Below, in pieces: positions 54,101-64,000 of a stretch of 64,000 nucleotides of DNA (its first letter is position 1; the number at the start of each line of letters is the position of its first letter). Source of the stretch: Andalucia godoyi And28 (lineage: Eukaryota; Protista; Jakobida). The position numbers and the translations under genes were made by a program. Below the pieces are notes generated by a model. That model was not told where the DNA came from. It was given only the letters and a program-made list of their open reading frames with translations, and did not search any database. The stretch covers positions 56,896 through 120,895 of the forward strand of contig VRVR01000024.1 in assembly GCA_009859145.1 (NCBI GenBank), in the 5' to 3' direction.

Positions 54101-57100
54101 TTCCTTCCTGTTCCTGATTTGTCGAGTGTGACTGATCTCGAGACCGTCAACTTGATGAGAACTCTCGCAATGACTGCTTATGAACACCACGATTCCAGGC
54201 TCGCTTTGGAGTACTTCTGTCGCTTGTTAGCGTATGCCATTTCCAAGTCTCTCATGGCCGAATGTCTTTTCTTTTCCCAGTTAGCATCGGATATCGCCTT
54301 CAAACGCGGAGAGTTTAGTATTGCGCTTGATTGCCTGCGTTCTGCTCTCGCGTGCTTAATGCCGGAAGTGCCCGTTTCGCTTTTCCGGACAACTGACTCT
54401 GTTTTTCGACTGGACACCGCCATGAGTCAGTTGCACATCACACTGGCTGACGTGTTGTTTCACAGCTTTGACGGGTGTGAGAAGGGCATTGACCACTTGA
54501 AGCGGCTTCTGAAATGTGAGATTCCGAAGGCGAAGCGTCTTGCTGCGCACTTGAAGTTGGCAGGGTTTTATGTTTCCAGAAGGTGGTTTGCGATTGCAGG
54601 TCGAGTTCTCGAAGACGCATTTGACTCGACACTGGTCGTTGACGATTCCTTTTGCCGCTGCCTTTTTGATTTTGAAAAGGGGCGCGGAAATTTTGGACGC
54701 GCGTTTAGCTGGTGTCTTTTTGCACTCTCAAATTGCGCACCGTCGTCCTCCCATTCCGCTACGGCCATTTGGCATCTTCGCGCTGGTCAGTGCTTGTTGC
54801 AGTTTCGTAGCACTTCCGAGTTTGATTCTCTGTCGTTTTACGACAAGCAAATATTTGACCGATCATGCATGAATTTTATCCTGGAACAAGAACCGCTTTT
54901 TGCGAACGTGCTTTCTTTTCCAGACAGTCGCACAACGGTGGTGAAAGTTGCTATCAAGCATTTCCGCAGGTCGTATGATCTCTTTCGGGCTGTTGGGGAC
55001 GATTTAAAAGTTGCGAAAGCTGTTATGTTCATTGCCCGTGCGCAGCTGGAGTGTGTGCTGGACGACGTCATTTTCACAGGCTATTCAATCGAGTCTGCGG
55101 TTGAAAGGTTGGAGAGTGGATTTTCGTTCCGATTGAGTGTGCCAGATCTTGAAGAACCGTGTGTTCTTGCTCTTCGTGTTGGTGCAGACACGCTTGCCTA
55201 CCCGTTGTATCCATTATCCCTGTTGCTCATGTCGGAATGTCGATATGTGCAACGTCGATATCGTTCGAGTTTGCGATTCCTGCTGGTCTGCAAATCCTTT
55301 GTCCAGAGAATTTTCTTTTCCACGTCTGGAGTTTATTCGATGAGCAATTCTTTACCAAGTTTCCACGAAAAATTGAAGAGCATATATGACAGACTTATCC
55401 GGTCGATTTTGGGTCTTGTATCCGTATTTGGGAATGGCATTGTGGCATTTTTGAATTTTTCGCTTGTTCTAGATGAATATTCTTTGATTGAAGCTGCGTT
55501 GCACTCATCCAGACGCAAGCTCAGTGGAGAAGCGCCTTCCGATTTTGGTCCATCTGCTGCTGCTGCTGCTGCGCACCGTCGGACTGCTTCAAATGTGTCA
55601 AACGTCTCCAGTACGTCATCGGAAGTTTTTGACGATGAAAACACGGACTCTGATAGCTCAAGTATCCATTCGAACAATTACAAACCAACGCTTCGTCGGT
55701 TCCGCACTCTTCCTGAGCGGTTTGCTCCCGTGAAGAATTCTCTTGATGAGATGAAGCCGGACGAAAACGTGAACGCTGCCAACGATTTGCAAATCCGCGT
55801 CCGCGAACGTCTTTGGAGCGTATTTCAGCGGATGCGCGCTTACTGTCACGATTTTTCAGCTGGCTACATCGAAAAGGTAGAGCTTCGTCGCAAATTGGAT
55901 AGTGCATATGCGCGGTTAATTTCGTGGATTTCCGAACCGGATCAGCATCAAAGCTCAAGGACAGAGTTTTTGGATTCGTCCCATTCTGTTTCTCGAAAAC
56001 TTTTGCCTCTACAAGAGATATTCCGATCACCAGATACGGATCGATCCGTTGTGGCATCTCCTGTTCCTCGATTGCCTCCAAGAAGCTTGTTCGCCGTACT
56101 CCTCAATGACAATCTCTGTTTCATTTCAATGACTCCAGAGTTTGCGTTTCGCCGTTACCGAGTATCAGTTGACGTCTGCAACAAACTCCAATGGTCGTTT
56201 TCTGACTTCTCATTTAGTGCTGTTATTCCTGCGCCATTCCCAGAATTTTTGTTGAATTTGTTGTTGCAGGGACGGGAAGATCGGATACCAAGAGATGATG
56301 GTGGTGTCGAATGGGGTGTTCCGCATCCGACAGCGCTATTGTCATCTCTCTTGGGCATTCCGCTGCAATCGTTGGTGTGCGATGAATTCTGGTCCTCCGT
56401 GTTTGGTTTAGAAACAACCGAGTTTCCCATTGTCTCCCTGTCAAAGTTTCCGTGGAAGTTGCTGCCGTCTCTTTTTGCATCTTGGAAGTCTTCTCATACA
56501 ACCCCAATTTCGTTCATTTGCCTGTCTCGGAGTCTGCACCTTTTCCCATGGGAATCCGTGTTTGCTTGCTCTGTTGTTCGCTTCCTTGAGCTCACTGCAA
56601 TGCGCGTTTTTGACGCCTCTGCCGATTCTTTGCCTGCCGGGTCCATCCCTCGAGGGTCTAAGATTGGATATTCTACGGATGCATTCTCGTCCACTGAAGG
56701 AACGACTTCTTCTCGAGCTTCCACGTCTGTGTCATCAGCAACGGTGTCAACCACTCATTCGTCGGATACAATTATTTCCAACCTATCGTCAACGTCATCA
56801 TCATCCGACTCCGAAGCTTCTCGTCGAATGATGCCTTCTGTGTGCTTTTTGACGTTCGTTTTTGATGCTGAAGATGCCCGTTTCCGTGCTGCGTCTGACA
56901 TGAAGTTGAAGTCGTCGTTGATTCACGGAGATGTATCTGGCTTGAAAGTCGTTCCTTATATGAACAGCCTTGTCAAACCGGGAAAAGGTCTTTCAGCGTA
57001 CCGCAAGAAGTACAGATTGTTGAGATTCGAGCTGGTGGATCGGAACTTTCGTTCCGCGAAAATGTATGCAAATGCATCCGGAAGTGATGTCTGCATTGTA

Positions 57101-57364
57101 TTGTGCTCCTTTGCAGATTGGGTAGATCTCTGTCCGTTGTTGGCATCTCTTGTTCAAAGGCCGCCATTTTCGCTATGGTTTGTTCCCGATGCTCGCTTGA
57201 AGGACGTCATGGTGTTTGTTCATAGAATGGCAGACATTTTGGATTCAAACGTCTTGATGGACGTCGACAAGTTGTTGTTTTGCCATCATGTTCTTCTAAA
57301 ACGGCTGGGAATCCCGTCGATCTTGCTTCCGAATATTTCTTTACTTGAAAAGATGCAGTCGTGA
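51146..57364 (+). CDS. Very large hypothetical helical (TPR-like) protein with a possible CHAT/separase-like C-terminal region (about 2072 aa)
   Basis: Intronless ORF of more than 6 kb; TPR-like helices at about aa 1000-1300; LHLFPWES motif at 56534-56557; ATG at 51146. Confidence 0.75.
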   Translation: MNDDDDSVWLVTPDSSRASSPVDDTKMLDDRQKDSAPRRLVGYSAPKDVVEDWDNDFLIEKSLKEPEDDDRSSLVLFLNGPPSSAPGIMSDGKSLFSDIVFILTSSSFSNRHTDSQDSDVLFSNFLEECEDDPKYTDLSWTLPIYFGHEFSFADKDYIEPDGEKAEWQYELARARYEKDVSSGVNRSALFSAVAELLRTRRGSVWKEISSIQGLCSCERSWSLCQHVVWLQHTHTQWDADAFSEAEALLQNCCRCLFRPVSERELLLVKLWQAAVTKDRDIRSLESLLQLLKSFFENVKDVPPQAIFFQFPFSPRVSGIAAISLSTLFLVRFGSESKDKSVSSDVVRASTRSLCIRLIEYVHEDPVSVFSSLVRRVVLAIHRESFPLETSVSSVDEEFKEDDWDVSSEEMPNDRPSLSALLNAVLTVSDEDDVSRACTKDGKSRDLEIQDEDFVWSDSRLCLFPSFLDPSTVFGQDSSRWIGQKDNFTSTLPSVNILRIPRPPHAAHLRSLRPANFEKFLRSFARVPPYGQLTDSQKDLLAMSSSDLEVQKIDIRVRSELSYLDTFSLEWASFFMDAARLYAARRNLYFLSKLLDLFFDSWIAYNESATGDEDHLWQMSVLGGHLLEEYASFVLQWPTDVAVSSSSGGGLDLLSGVIEKLTILSDRLCVIIPLRPYFLLMKARVMAHQAFNAADTVVEDVVAIIIDVLQNRLDEDLNDTQLRLEYSCIAVSDLCILASGRSPLTLCSASSTTRPVSSRRFSTVVLPTSASPHNSASYGSFSESSETSEEVADFLVAQALEYFSNSRWAQEENRLRFLRDSLPLLPSGICRARVAFVLSLCAPTSASSESYIFESTVLCHILSVDAAVEERNREFSFSPNADSGKTFSFQGRSSVYSKLDCGVDFDVPTFSPLVPFRFLTAPLYSPSFLSGILPLFCKVLMSFGDKYVYASALYESVLIMRAQLFGSRLSFPSTPSPTNSVVSVDPFLPVPDLSSVTDLETVNLMRTLAMTAYEHHDSRLALEYFCRLLAYAISKSLMAECLFFSQLASDIAFKRGEFSIALDCLRSALACLMPEVPVSLFRTTDSVFRLDTAMSQLHITLADVLFHSFDGCEKGIDHLKRLLKCEIPKAKRLAAHLKLAGFYVSRRWFAIAGRVLEDAFDSTLVVDDSFCRCLFDFEKGRGNFGRAFSWCLFALSNCAPSSSHSATAIWHLRAGQCLLQFRSTSEFDSLSFYDKQIFDRSCMNFILEQEPLFANVLSFPDSRTTVVKVAIKHFRRSYDLFRAVGDDLKVAKAVMFIARAQLECVLDDVIFTGYSIESAVERLESGFSFRLSVPDLEEPCVLALRVGADTLAYPLYPLSLLLMSECRYVQRRYRSSLRFLLVCKSFVQRIFFSTSGVYSMSNSLPSFHEKLKSIYDRLIRSILGLVSVFGNGIVAFLNFSLVLDEYSLIEAALHSSRRKLSGEAPSDFGPSAAAAAAHRRTASNVSNVSSTSSEVFDDENTDSDSSSIHSNNYKPTLRRFRTLPERFAPVKNSLDEMKPDENVNAANDLQIRVRERLWSVFQRMRAYCHDFSAGYIEKVELRRKLDSAYARLISWISEPDQHQSSRTEFLDSSHSVSRKLLPLQEIFRSPDTDRSVVASPVPRLPPRSLFAVLLNDNLCFISMTPEFAFRRYRVSVDVCNKLQWSFSDFSFSAVIPAPFPEFLLNLLLQGREDRIPRDDGGVEWGVPHPTALLSSLLGIPLQSLVCDEFWSSVFGLETTEFPIVSLSKFPWKLLPSLFASWKSSHTTPISFICLSRSLHLFPWESVFACSVVRFLELTAMRVFDASADSLPAGSIPRGSKIGYSTDAFSSTEGTTSSRASTSVSSATVSTTHSSDTIISNLSSTSSSSDSEASRRMMPSVCFLTFVFDAEDARFRAASDMKLKSSLIHGDVSGLKVVPYMNSLVKPGKGLSAYRKKYRLLRFELVDRNFRSAKMYANASGSDVCIVLCSFADWVDLCPLLASLVQRPPFSLWFVPDARLKDVMVFVHRMADILDSNVLMDVDKLLFCHHVLLKRLGIPSILLPNISLLEKMQS

Positions 57365-57372
57365 TGTGCAGC

Positions 57373-57948
57373 CTAGATTGCGCGCCGTTTCGAGCTATGT
57401 AATAGTGGCGCAGGCTCGATGACATCAATCGTCCGTTTTCTCCACCTTTTCAAATCACCTGCGCTTCCTGCGACTGAATTGACCAGTGATTGTTCTTCCA
57501 TTGAGAGTTTCTTCGTTAGCGTCATCCTGTCCTGATTGTATCCGCTACTTGACTTGTCCATTACCATTCCTGTAAATCGTTTCACATATACATCAATGAG
57601 AAGCTTTCCAATGTCCTGGCTTGTTCTCGAGTCCAATACGCACAGGTGTCTCCCGAGGGTGTAGAAATGTGGGCACAGTTTGCTCAGGTCGACTTTCAGA
57701 GCATCAGCCGTGAGTCGTTGCTTGACGACATCTGTGAATAGCTTATCGACATCGACATGGACGAACCGCTGTCCACAGAGGGGTTGCGCCATCCACAATG
57801 GTAGAGAAACACGAGCTCCACGATTTACAGTCTCTTGAGGATCGATTGCGGACGACGCCAGCAAATATCCCAGACGATATCCGTTTGATCTGAAACGCAC
57901 TGGAACCTTGTGCTCCTCGGAAAGAATTGCTTCGTGGTCAAAGTACAT
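57373..57948 (-). CDS. GINS3: GINS complex subunit 3 (Psf3)
   Basis: MYFDHEAILSEEHKVPVRF, GYL, GARVSLPLWMA, VDLSKLCPHFYTLG, KLSMEEQSL; ATG at 57948. Confidence 0.9.
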   Translation of the reverse strand: MYFDHEAILSEEHKVPVRFRSNGYRLGYLLASSAIDPQETVNRGARVSLPLWMAQPLCGQRFVHVDVDKLFTDVVKQRLTADALKVDLSKLCPHFYTLGRHLCVLDSRTSQDIGKLLIDVYVKRFTGMVMDKSSSGYNQDRMTLTKKLSMEEQSLVNSVAGSAGDLKRWRKRTIDVIEPAPLLHSSKRRAI

Positions 57949-58017
57949 GGAAAACGACAGCTCGAGATGGGAAAAAATACCAAGGAAATAATAAAAAGGT
58001 AGTGACAAGGGGAAAAA

Positions 58018-58018
<1 letters not shown>

Positions 58019-58050
<32 letters not shown>
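58019..58050. repeat. (AAT)n microsatellite upstream of GINS3
   Basis: Trinucleotide run. Confidence 0.9.
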
Positions 58051-58052
<2 letters not shown>

Positions 58053-58304
58053 ATAATAAAATAAAATAGTAAATGAACGAAAAAAAAAGGAGGGAAAGTC
58101 CAAGGCTGGATCTTCCCAGTTTTTCGTAGGGGGTGCAGTGAAATTCTGAAAATCCCGCCATGGCGGGCCTCTACAGTGCAACTGCTATCGTGCACCGGAT
58201 TCGTGCCAAACGGGAACGCTTTTATTAACGTGAGCCGTGACGAGTGTTTCCGCGCGTTCCCGACACTTTCTTCATTTTTTCATGTATGCATGCAGCGCGA
58301 CAAC

Positions 58305-61300
58305 ATGGACTCGTCCGATTTATTGCGCCGCATTCGTTCTTTTTCGACAGAATCCTATAACCCAGCTGCTTTGACTGGTCTTCTCAGTGACCTCCACGGG
58401 TTTCTTTTCAGCTCAACTTCCAGTATGTGTTTTTAAGAAATTTTGCATTGAAATACGTAGAATACCATTCTGCTTTTCTTCCACTTCTGCAGTTTCACCT
58501 ATCTAACCATGTCCACCAGGTTCGACTCCCTCATTGTTTCCTCTTGTGAGTCAATTGATTGATCAAAATGCGGATTCTCTTGCAAAATGTCGCTTTGACC
58601 ATATGATGTGGCTTGGCTCTATTTTCAAGTCGTGTGTTTTTGACGATCTTGCCCTTCGCGATGTTTCTGGTCTTTTGCATTCTCTCATCACCCATTATAT
58701 GTGCTTCAACAATTCAGCTGTTTCCATGAATGTTCCGCTTGTGCTACTTCTTGATGTTCGAAAATTGTTTAAACACGAGAAAGATCAAAACCGGACAGTT
58801 CTCCTCACGTCCTTTGGCCTGGATCGACCAGCAACTTCTCAAAAATCTCAGCGCGTTTTCCTTCAGCTATGTCTTGCGTCATGGAGTGCCTGGGTTCAGA
58901 ACAAGATTCCATTCTCGGTGTCCTTTCTCGTTGAATTTTCTCGTTCGTTGCCTCTCCTGCTTCCCGATTCTCGGATCCAAAAACCAGACAAAGTAAGTCT
59001 CCTCAAGTTGTCCGAGTTTGTTTTGATTTCAATTTCTGAACTTTCAACCGAGTCTGGCTTCTCTTTTTCTTCCACCATTCACTACCTAGAATATTACCTC
59101 TCAAATTGGCTTTTGGAGTCCCCCGATGTGGAACATGCTTCTCTCCTGCCGCATCTCCCTATTCCGATAGAGGCCTCTTCATTATTCTTTGGGTTACTGT
59201 TGAAGTATCTAAAGGATGTTACATCAATACCGCATTTGGTTAACTTCCTGTCTCGTAATAAGTGTCACTTCAGTCCTTACAATGTTATTTCATGGATTTC
59301 ATTCTTGGACAGCCACTCTCTTGTGTGTTCCGTGATTTCTGCGTTGCGAGAGTCGATTTCAAACCAATCTTCAGTTTTCGATACCACTAGACCCACCTCT
59401 GCCTTCGATGCAGCGTTCGTTGTGCAGTTTGTTCGAAGCCGCTCCGGAGTAAGATGGTGTTGCCTTGGAATGCTTTTGGGACAGCTGCTGAACATCGACG
59501 AGTTGACAGTTTTGCCGATGGACTGTGTCACTCAAAAATTCGCAGATCATGATGACATATATGTTTCGTTGGTTTGCGATGTTTACACGCTGAATGCTGT
59601 ATCTTTCACCCCTGCACACCTTACTTTTCTCCGGTCTCTGTTGTCGAAGTTGGATGATGTTGTGTCCATCAGTCGCGTTTTATCATGTCTTGGTGATGTC
59701 GATCTCGCAGTCAGTGCGTTCCCGTTGAGTGGCTTGTCAATTGTCGACCTGTTTCGCAAATCAAACCAGCTGCTGTCTTTGTCGCGCTTGTTTTCTCCTT
59801 ACTTGGATGCGCCGTCCGACTCGATGCCGCATTCTACGACCACAATTTCCAATGTTTTCACCGCATTGCTGCAGCTTCTTGAAGCTGGTCCTGTTGACTG
59901 TCCTTTCTCTGTCAAAATTGTGCTGTTCTGTGCCGCCCATGTTTCTTCTCATCCCGATTTTGTCCGTGAAACGTTGTTGAGGTTATTCTGTAGCAAGCAC
60001 AGTCGATTCCTATTGCAGATCCTCACATCCGACGGCAGCACCTCCGCATCTTTGAAAGAATTTCATTCTGCATTGAAGCTGTTTCTCTCCAAAGTAAGAT
60101 CTTCCTTCCCAGGTAGCTCTGATGTACACTCCATATTTTCGATAGTTGTCGCAGTCGTTCGTTCCACGACTTTTGAGGTAGTGCGCAATTCATTTACATT
60201 GTTTCTCTGCGTGTGTTTGAATAACGAAATCCCCTTTGTTCGCGCAGCGGCGTATGATTCCTTGAGATCGATTGGTGAGATATCCACGAATATCTTCTAC
60301 GAGCTGCTCGTTATCGTCGAAAAGGATCCCGAGCAGGAGGTATGCAAGATTCTCTCATTGTTGCCACAGTTCGAGAAGGGAGTTTTGGAGACGCTTTTGA
60401 TGCATTCATTGCCTGTTATCGTGTTGAATCGGGAGCAGTCCATTCTGCTCTCTTTGAAGGAAAAACACCCCAGTCTGCATTTAGAATCATTTGTCTTCCA
60501 CTGTCTCGCGCCTGCACTTGCAGAGGTTCTGTTGTCAAAAGATGCTTCCAAATGCATGGAATTTCTTGTCAAGAATGTCTTGCACGGCATGTTTGAAGAA
60601 TCAAAACTGGTTCGATCCGATCTCCCGAATGTCGTCGCGTGTCTGGTTCGAAAGTTCCAATCCGCTGGCCGCGAGCGAGTTTTGAAGGCAATGCAGCATC
60701 TTGTTGCTGTGTGCGGAGACAGTTGTACTTCCATTCGAGATCTCTTGGACGGAAATTTTGTTTATGTCATGCATTCGTTGGAACGAGACATGAAAGACGC
60801 TTCTCGGTTAATAGACTGCCTTTTCTGTTTGACATGTTTGTTGGAGCAAATAGGTTCTGGGATGAAGCGTGCATATGCATCCAAAGTGATATCCGTGTTG
60901 AAAGGCACCCGGTGGCGTTTTTGCAATAGCAAATCTGGATCCCAAAAGATCGGCGAGGATTATAATCTTGATATTGCGAAGTCTGTTGTGGCGTGTTGGA
61001 GCACGTTTTTGAGGTTCATTACGTCATCTGATGTGTCTTCCTTTGTTGGGCAGATTGTTTCCGAGCTGTTGGCATTTATTGAAGATTTCCCGGCGGATAT
61101 CAGCTCCCTGCTGGAATTGGTGCTCATCGAATGGAATACAAGAGAGCCAATCCCGGTGCTACCACCAGGAATTTCGTTTCTAAAACGAGTGTACGACTAC
61201 CTCGCAGAATCGTCGGTGGGTAGATCCCTGGATGATCATCTCGCCAGTATTGTGTATTCTTTGGAATCGGATACGCCTCCAGTGAGAAGAATTGGGATTG

Positions 61301-64000
61301 ATAAGCTGATCAATCTTCTGAAAGCGTCTCCTGTTTACTTATCTCAAGTTCTTTGGAAGAAGGATTCGCAAGTCTTGTTCTCTAGAATTGTTTCCGGTCT
61401 GTTGTCCAGTCTGCATGTCCATGACTCTTCTGCATTTCCGAGAGGATCGAAGCACCAGTCTTCGTCCAAGACTCCGAACGCGCATGAAATTTCACAGTAT
61501 ATTCCTTCCACTCTGGTGCTGCCGGTTAATTTGTCGTTCTCTTCCGCTGACACCGAATATGCGCATCACCGGCGGGAGGACTTCCAGAGTTTGGCTGCCT
61601 TGGATTCGATTCCGGTACTGGCTTGCGAAGCACTGAGCGTCATCGGAGCTATTGATCCGTGTTTGCTGAATCCTTTTGCGTTGTCCATTTCCTCCAGATC
61701 TGATCAGCTGGATTCGTTTGAGCTCTGCTGCAAGCTGATAAGCGAGTTTTTGTATCAGTTGATCAGATCATCAGATGAACGAACACACAACAGTTTCGGA
61801 TATGCCATTCAAGAATTGTTACGAATCGCCAATATCGATGATCAACCCAAGGATTTTCCCGAAGAGGTTTGGTCCTTCGTCCAGCCGTTTCGATCTTCTA
61901 TCTACCAAGTTCGACATGGGCAATCCGCTGTTGGTTCAGATGTGCACATCTTTTGCGCTGGAATTTCGTTGTTAGAGTGGTCTTCTGGCGTTTCCCGGTG
62001 CTTATCATCGAAGATTCGAGGGAAAAATGCGGAAATCTACAAGTGCATGCGCGCTGTGCTGCGCTATGATCTCAAGGTCAATTTGTTTTTGCTTCCGTAT
62101 CTTGTATACGACGTTCTACAAAATTCTGAGAATGGTACAGACATATGGTTAAGCAACGAGTTTCTTCTCGTCATTTCTGCCGCCAACATCGACTACGCTT
62201 GCATTCAAGCGATTTTTTCCATTTTGGACACTCTCAGACTTTGGATTGACTTGCGGCAATCTGCGCTCATTAAGGCTGGGCGAGCATTTTCGGACTCGGA
62301 GCGTCAAGAATGGACCGTGTCGATTAACCGAGTGTCATCGTTTTTGCTGTCGTTTCCGTTTTCCGAACTCTCCCGTTGTGCATTTGCCTGTCATTCCTAC
62401 GAACGATCTCTTTTTTATCTCGAAGAAAATGTTCACGCGGAGAGAGATCGTAGCGCTGCAGCCTCCGTTTTAACGTCGTATCGAACGCTGCTGCGGCAGC
62501 TGTTTTCGAAGTTGGATGATCCGGATGCACTGGATGGCTTGTTTTCGGCCAGTGAATCCTTAGATGAGCAAGCCCTTTTTCATGAGAAGCACGGTCGGTG
62601 GTCAGAGGCGCTTTCCATTTACGAAGTACTGCTGTCCAGCGACCCGACACACATGAATTATCAATTGAAGGCTTTAGAATGCATGAAGAATTTGGGGCAT
62701 TTTCAAAAAATTTTGCATCTTGTGGACGGTCTTCTTTGTAATTCGGTTTCTTCTGAAAGTCGCGACATGGTGCTCAGTTTTGGGGTCCAGTCTGCCTGGC
62801 GGTTGCAAAGGTGGGATACGGTTCAAGAGTATTTGAATCGCTACGTTGCTTCTGATGTTCGGAAGGAATCGATTTCAGCGTCCTCTGTTCAATTCCACAG
62901 CAAGAAATATTCATCATATTCTGCGAATCCAGACGTAGAATTTGAGGCTCGTGTTGCAGAGGTGATGTTGCACGCAGTCAATCAACGCCAGGCATTGGAC
63001 ACTAAAGAGTACATGCGGTTCTGCATATCCAAAGCTCGAGAGTCTGTGCTCTCCACGCTGATGATGACGTCGCTTGACGGATATTCACGCTGCTATCCGT
63101 TAGTCGTTAAGCTCCATTTCCTTTCAGATCTTGAGACATATGTCGAGGCATTTTTATCGCGCCAATCGGCACTTGATGTTCGAAACCGGCCCAACGCTGT
63201 GGAAGTGGAAGATGGACGGTATCGTGCGCGACTGTCTTTAACGCAAGAGTCGATGTCTACCCGAGAACCGTTGATTGCGTGCCGAAGGTTTACTTCCGCC
63301 TTGACAGTCTTGGACTCCGCCAATACTTCTGGTGCCCTCTGGCTCGATTTATGCGAGCTGGCGAGGAAAGAGGGGCTGCTTGATACGGCGCAGTGTTCCC
63401 TGTTGCACGCCTCCAAAGCGTCTCCCTTTCGGTCTACTGTTGCCCATGCCGAGCTGCTTTGGGATATGAATGAGCACGATCGCGCGCTGAGAATTATTGA
63501 TTCAAGTATCAAAGAATTCGCATCCCAGGATGTCGATGTTCCAACGAAAGCGAAGGCATTGTTGTTGTACGGCACATGGTCCCATTCCTCAAAGAGATTG
63601 ATCGATGACGACATCATCGAAGTTTTCAACAGCATGCGAAAACTGGCACCCCGCTGGGATCACGGAGAATTTCATTTTGCCAAGTTTTTGGATGATGTTT
63701 TGCACTCGCGCCTTGCACAACAGTCAAGCGACGACGCTAATGCCGTAGCAGAAAAGCTTCGAATCATTGACAGGTTCCTTTCCGCTTCGCTGCGACTATA
63801 TGCCACGTCCTTGGAACTGGGAACCGATCATATTTTTGAGGCGCTCCCGAGGATGCTGACGTTATGGTTGGATTTTTCGGACATCTTGACAGGGATTTAC
63901 GAGAACAACAAGAGTTTTCGAGATTCCGCAAGAAACGTATTGCATAGTTCTATCAATTCAAAAGTGATAGAAGGGAAAGTAATAAGGAAGATTCCCGCGT
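58305..64000 (+). CDS. ATR: ATR/Mec1 PI3K-related checkpoint kinase, 5' part (runs off the window end; intron 58423-58519)
   Basis: The frame is absent from the ORF track because it has no stop in the window; I read it in stretches from 58520 to the end and saw no stop. HEAT solenoid, then FAT motifs LSRCAFACHSYERSLFYLEE, EKHGRWSEAL, AWRLQRW and ALPRMLTLWLDF. Confidence 0.9.
58423..58519 (+). other. Spliceosomal intron (97 nt) in ATR
   Basis: GTATGT donor, TCTAAC branch site, CCACCAG acceptor; the phase-1 join (A|GT) connects MDSSDLL... to the long frame. Confidence 0.8.

Noticed and set aside
58519-58530. GGTTCGACTCCC, a tRNA T-loop/B-box look-alike
   Set aside because: The flanks cannot form a T stem beyond 2 bp, there is no D arm or acceptor stem, and it coincides with the ATR splice acceptor and exon start.

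Overview
This is a gene-dense, intron-poor eukaryotic nuclear window that uses the standard code (TAA, TAG and TGA all end genes). It holds about 28 protein genes and only three well-supported spliceosomal introns, all starting GTATGT. Recognisable genes: PKA catalytic subunit, an alpha/beta hydrolase, a WW protein, DDX52/ROK1, OLA1, a stand-alone YABBY/HMG protein, PEP mutase with a mitochondrial-type presequence, QCR10, AP-5 beta, G-protein gamma, cyclophilin, a P-type H+-ATPase, kinesin-1, Rab6, poly(A) polymerase, RBM25, RPP30, a Rab34/36-like GTPase, DUF3228, a RasGAP, GINS3/Psf3 and the 5' part of ATR. The gene set suggests a heterotrophic flagellate protist; a jakobid or other discobid is my inference, not something the sequence proves. 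The most striking item is a 1406-aa protein (41196-45416) built like bacterial Mfd (transcription-repair coupling factor). It has a mitochondrial-type presequence and a degenerate motor, which would fit a mitochondrion that keeps a bacterial multisubunit RNA polymerase. It lies between two decaying, directly repeated relics of a Crinkler/RHS-type P-loop NTPase family that show a CpG-transition signature. No rRNA, tRNA, CRISPR array or transposase was found. All family assignments come from motif recognition against remembered sequences; no database search was run.
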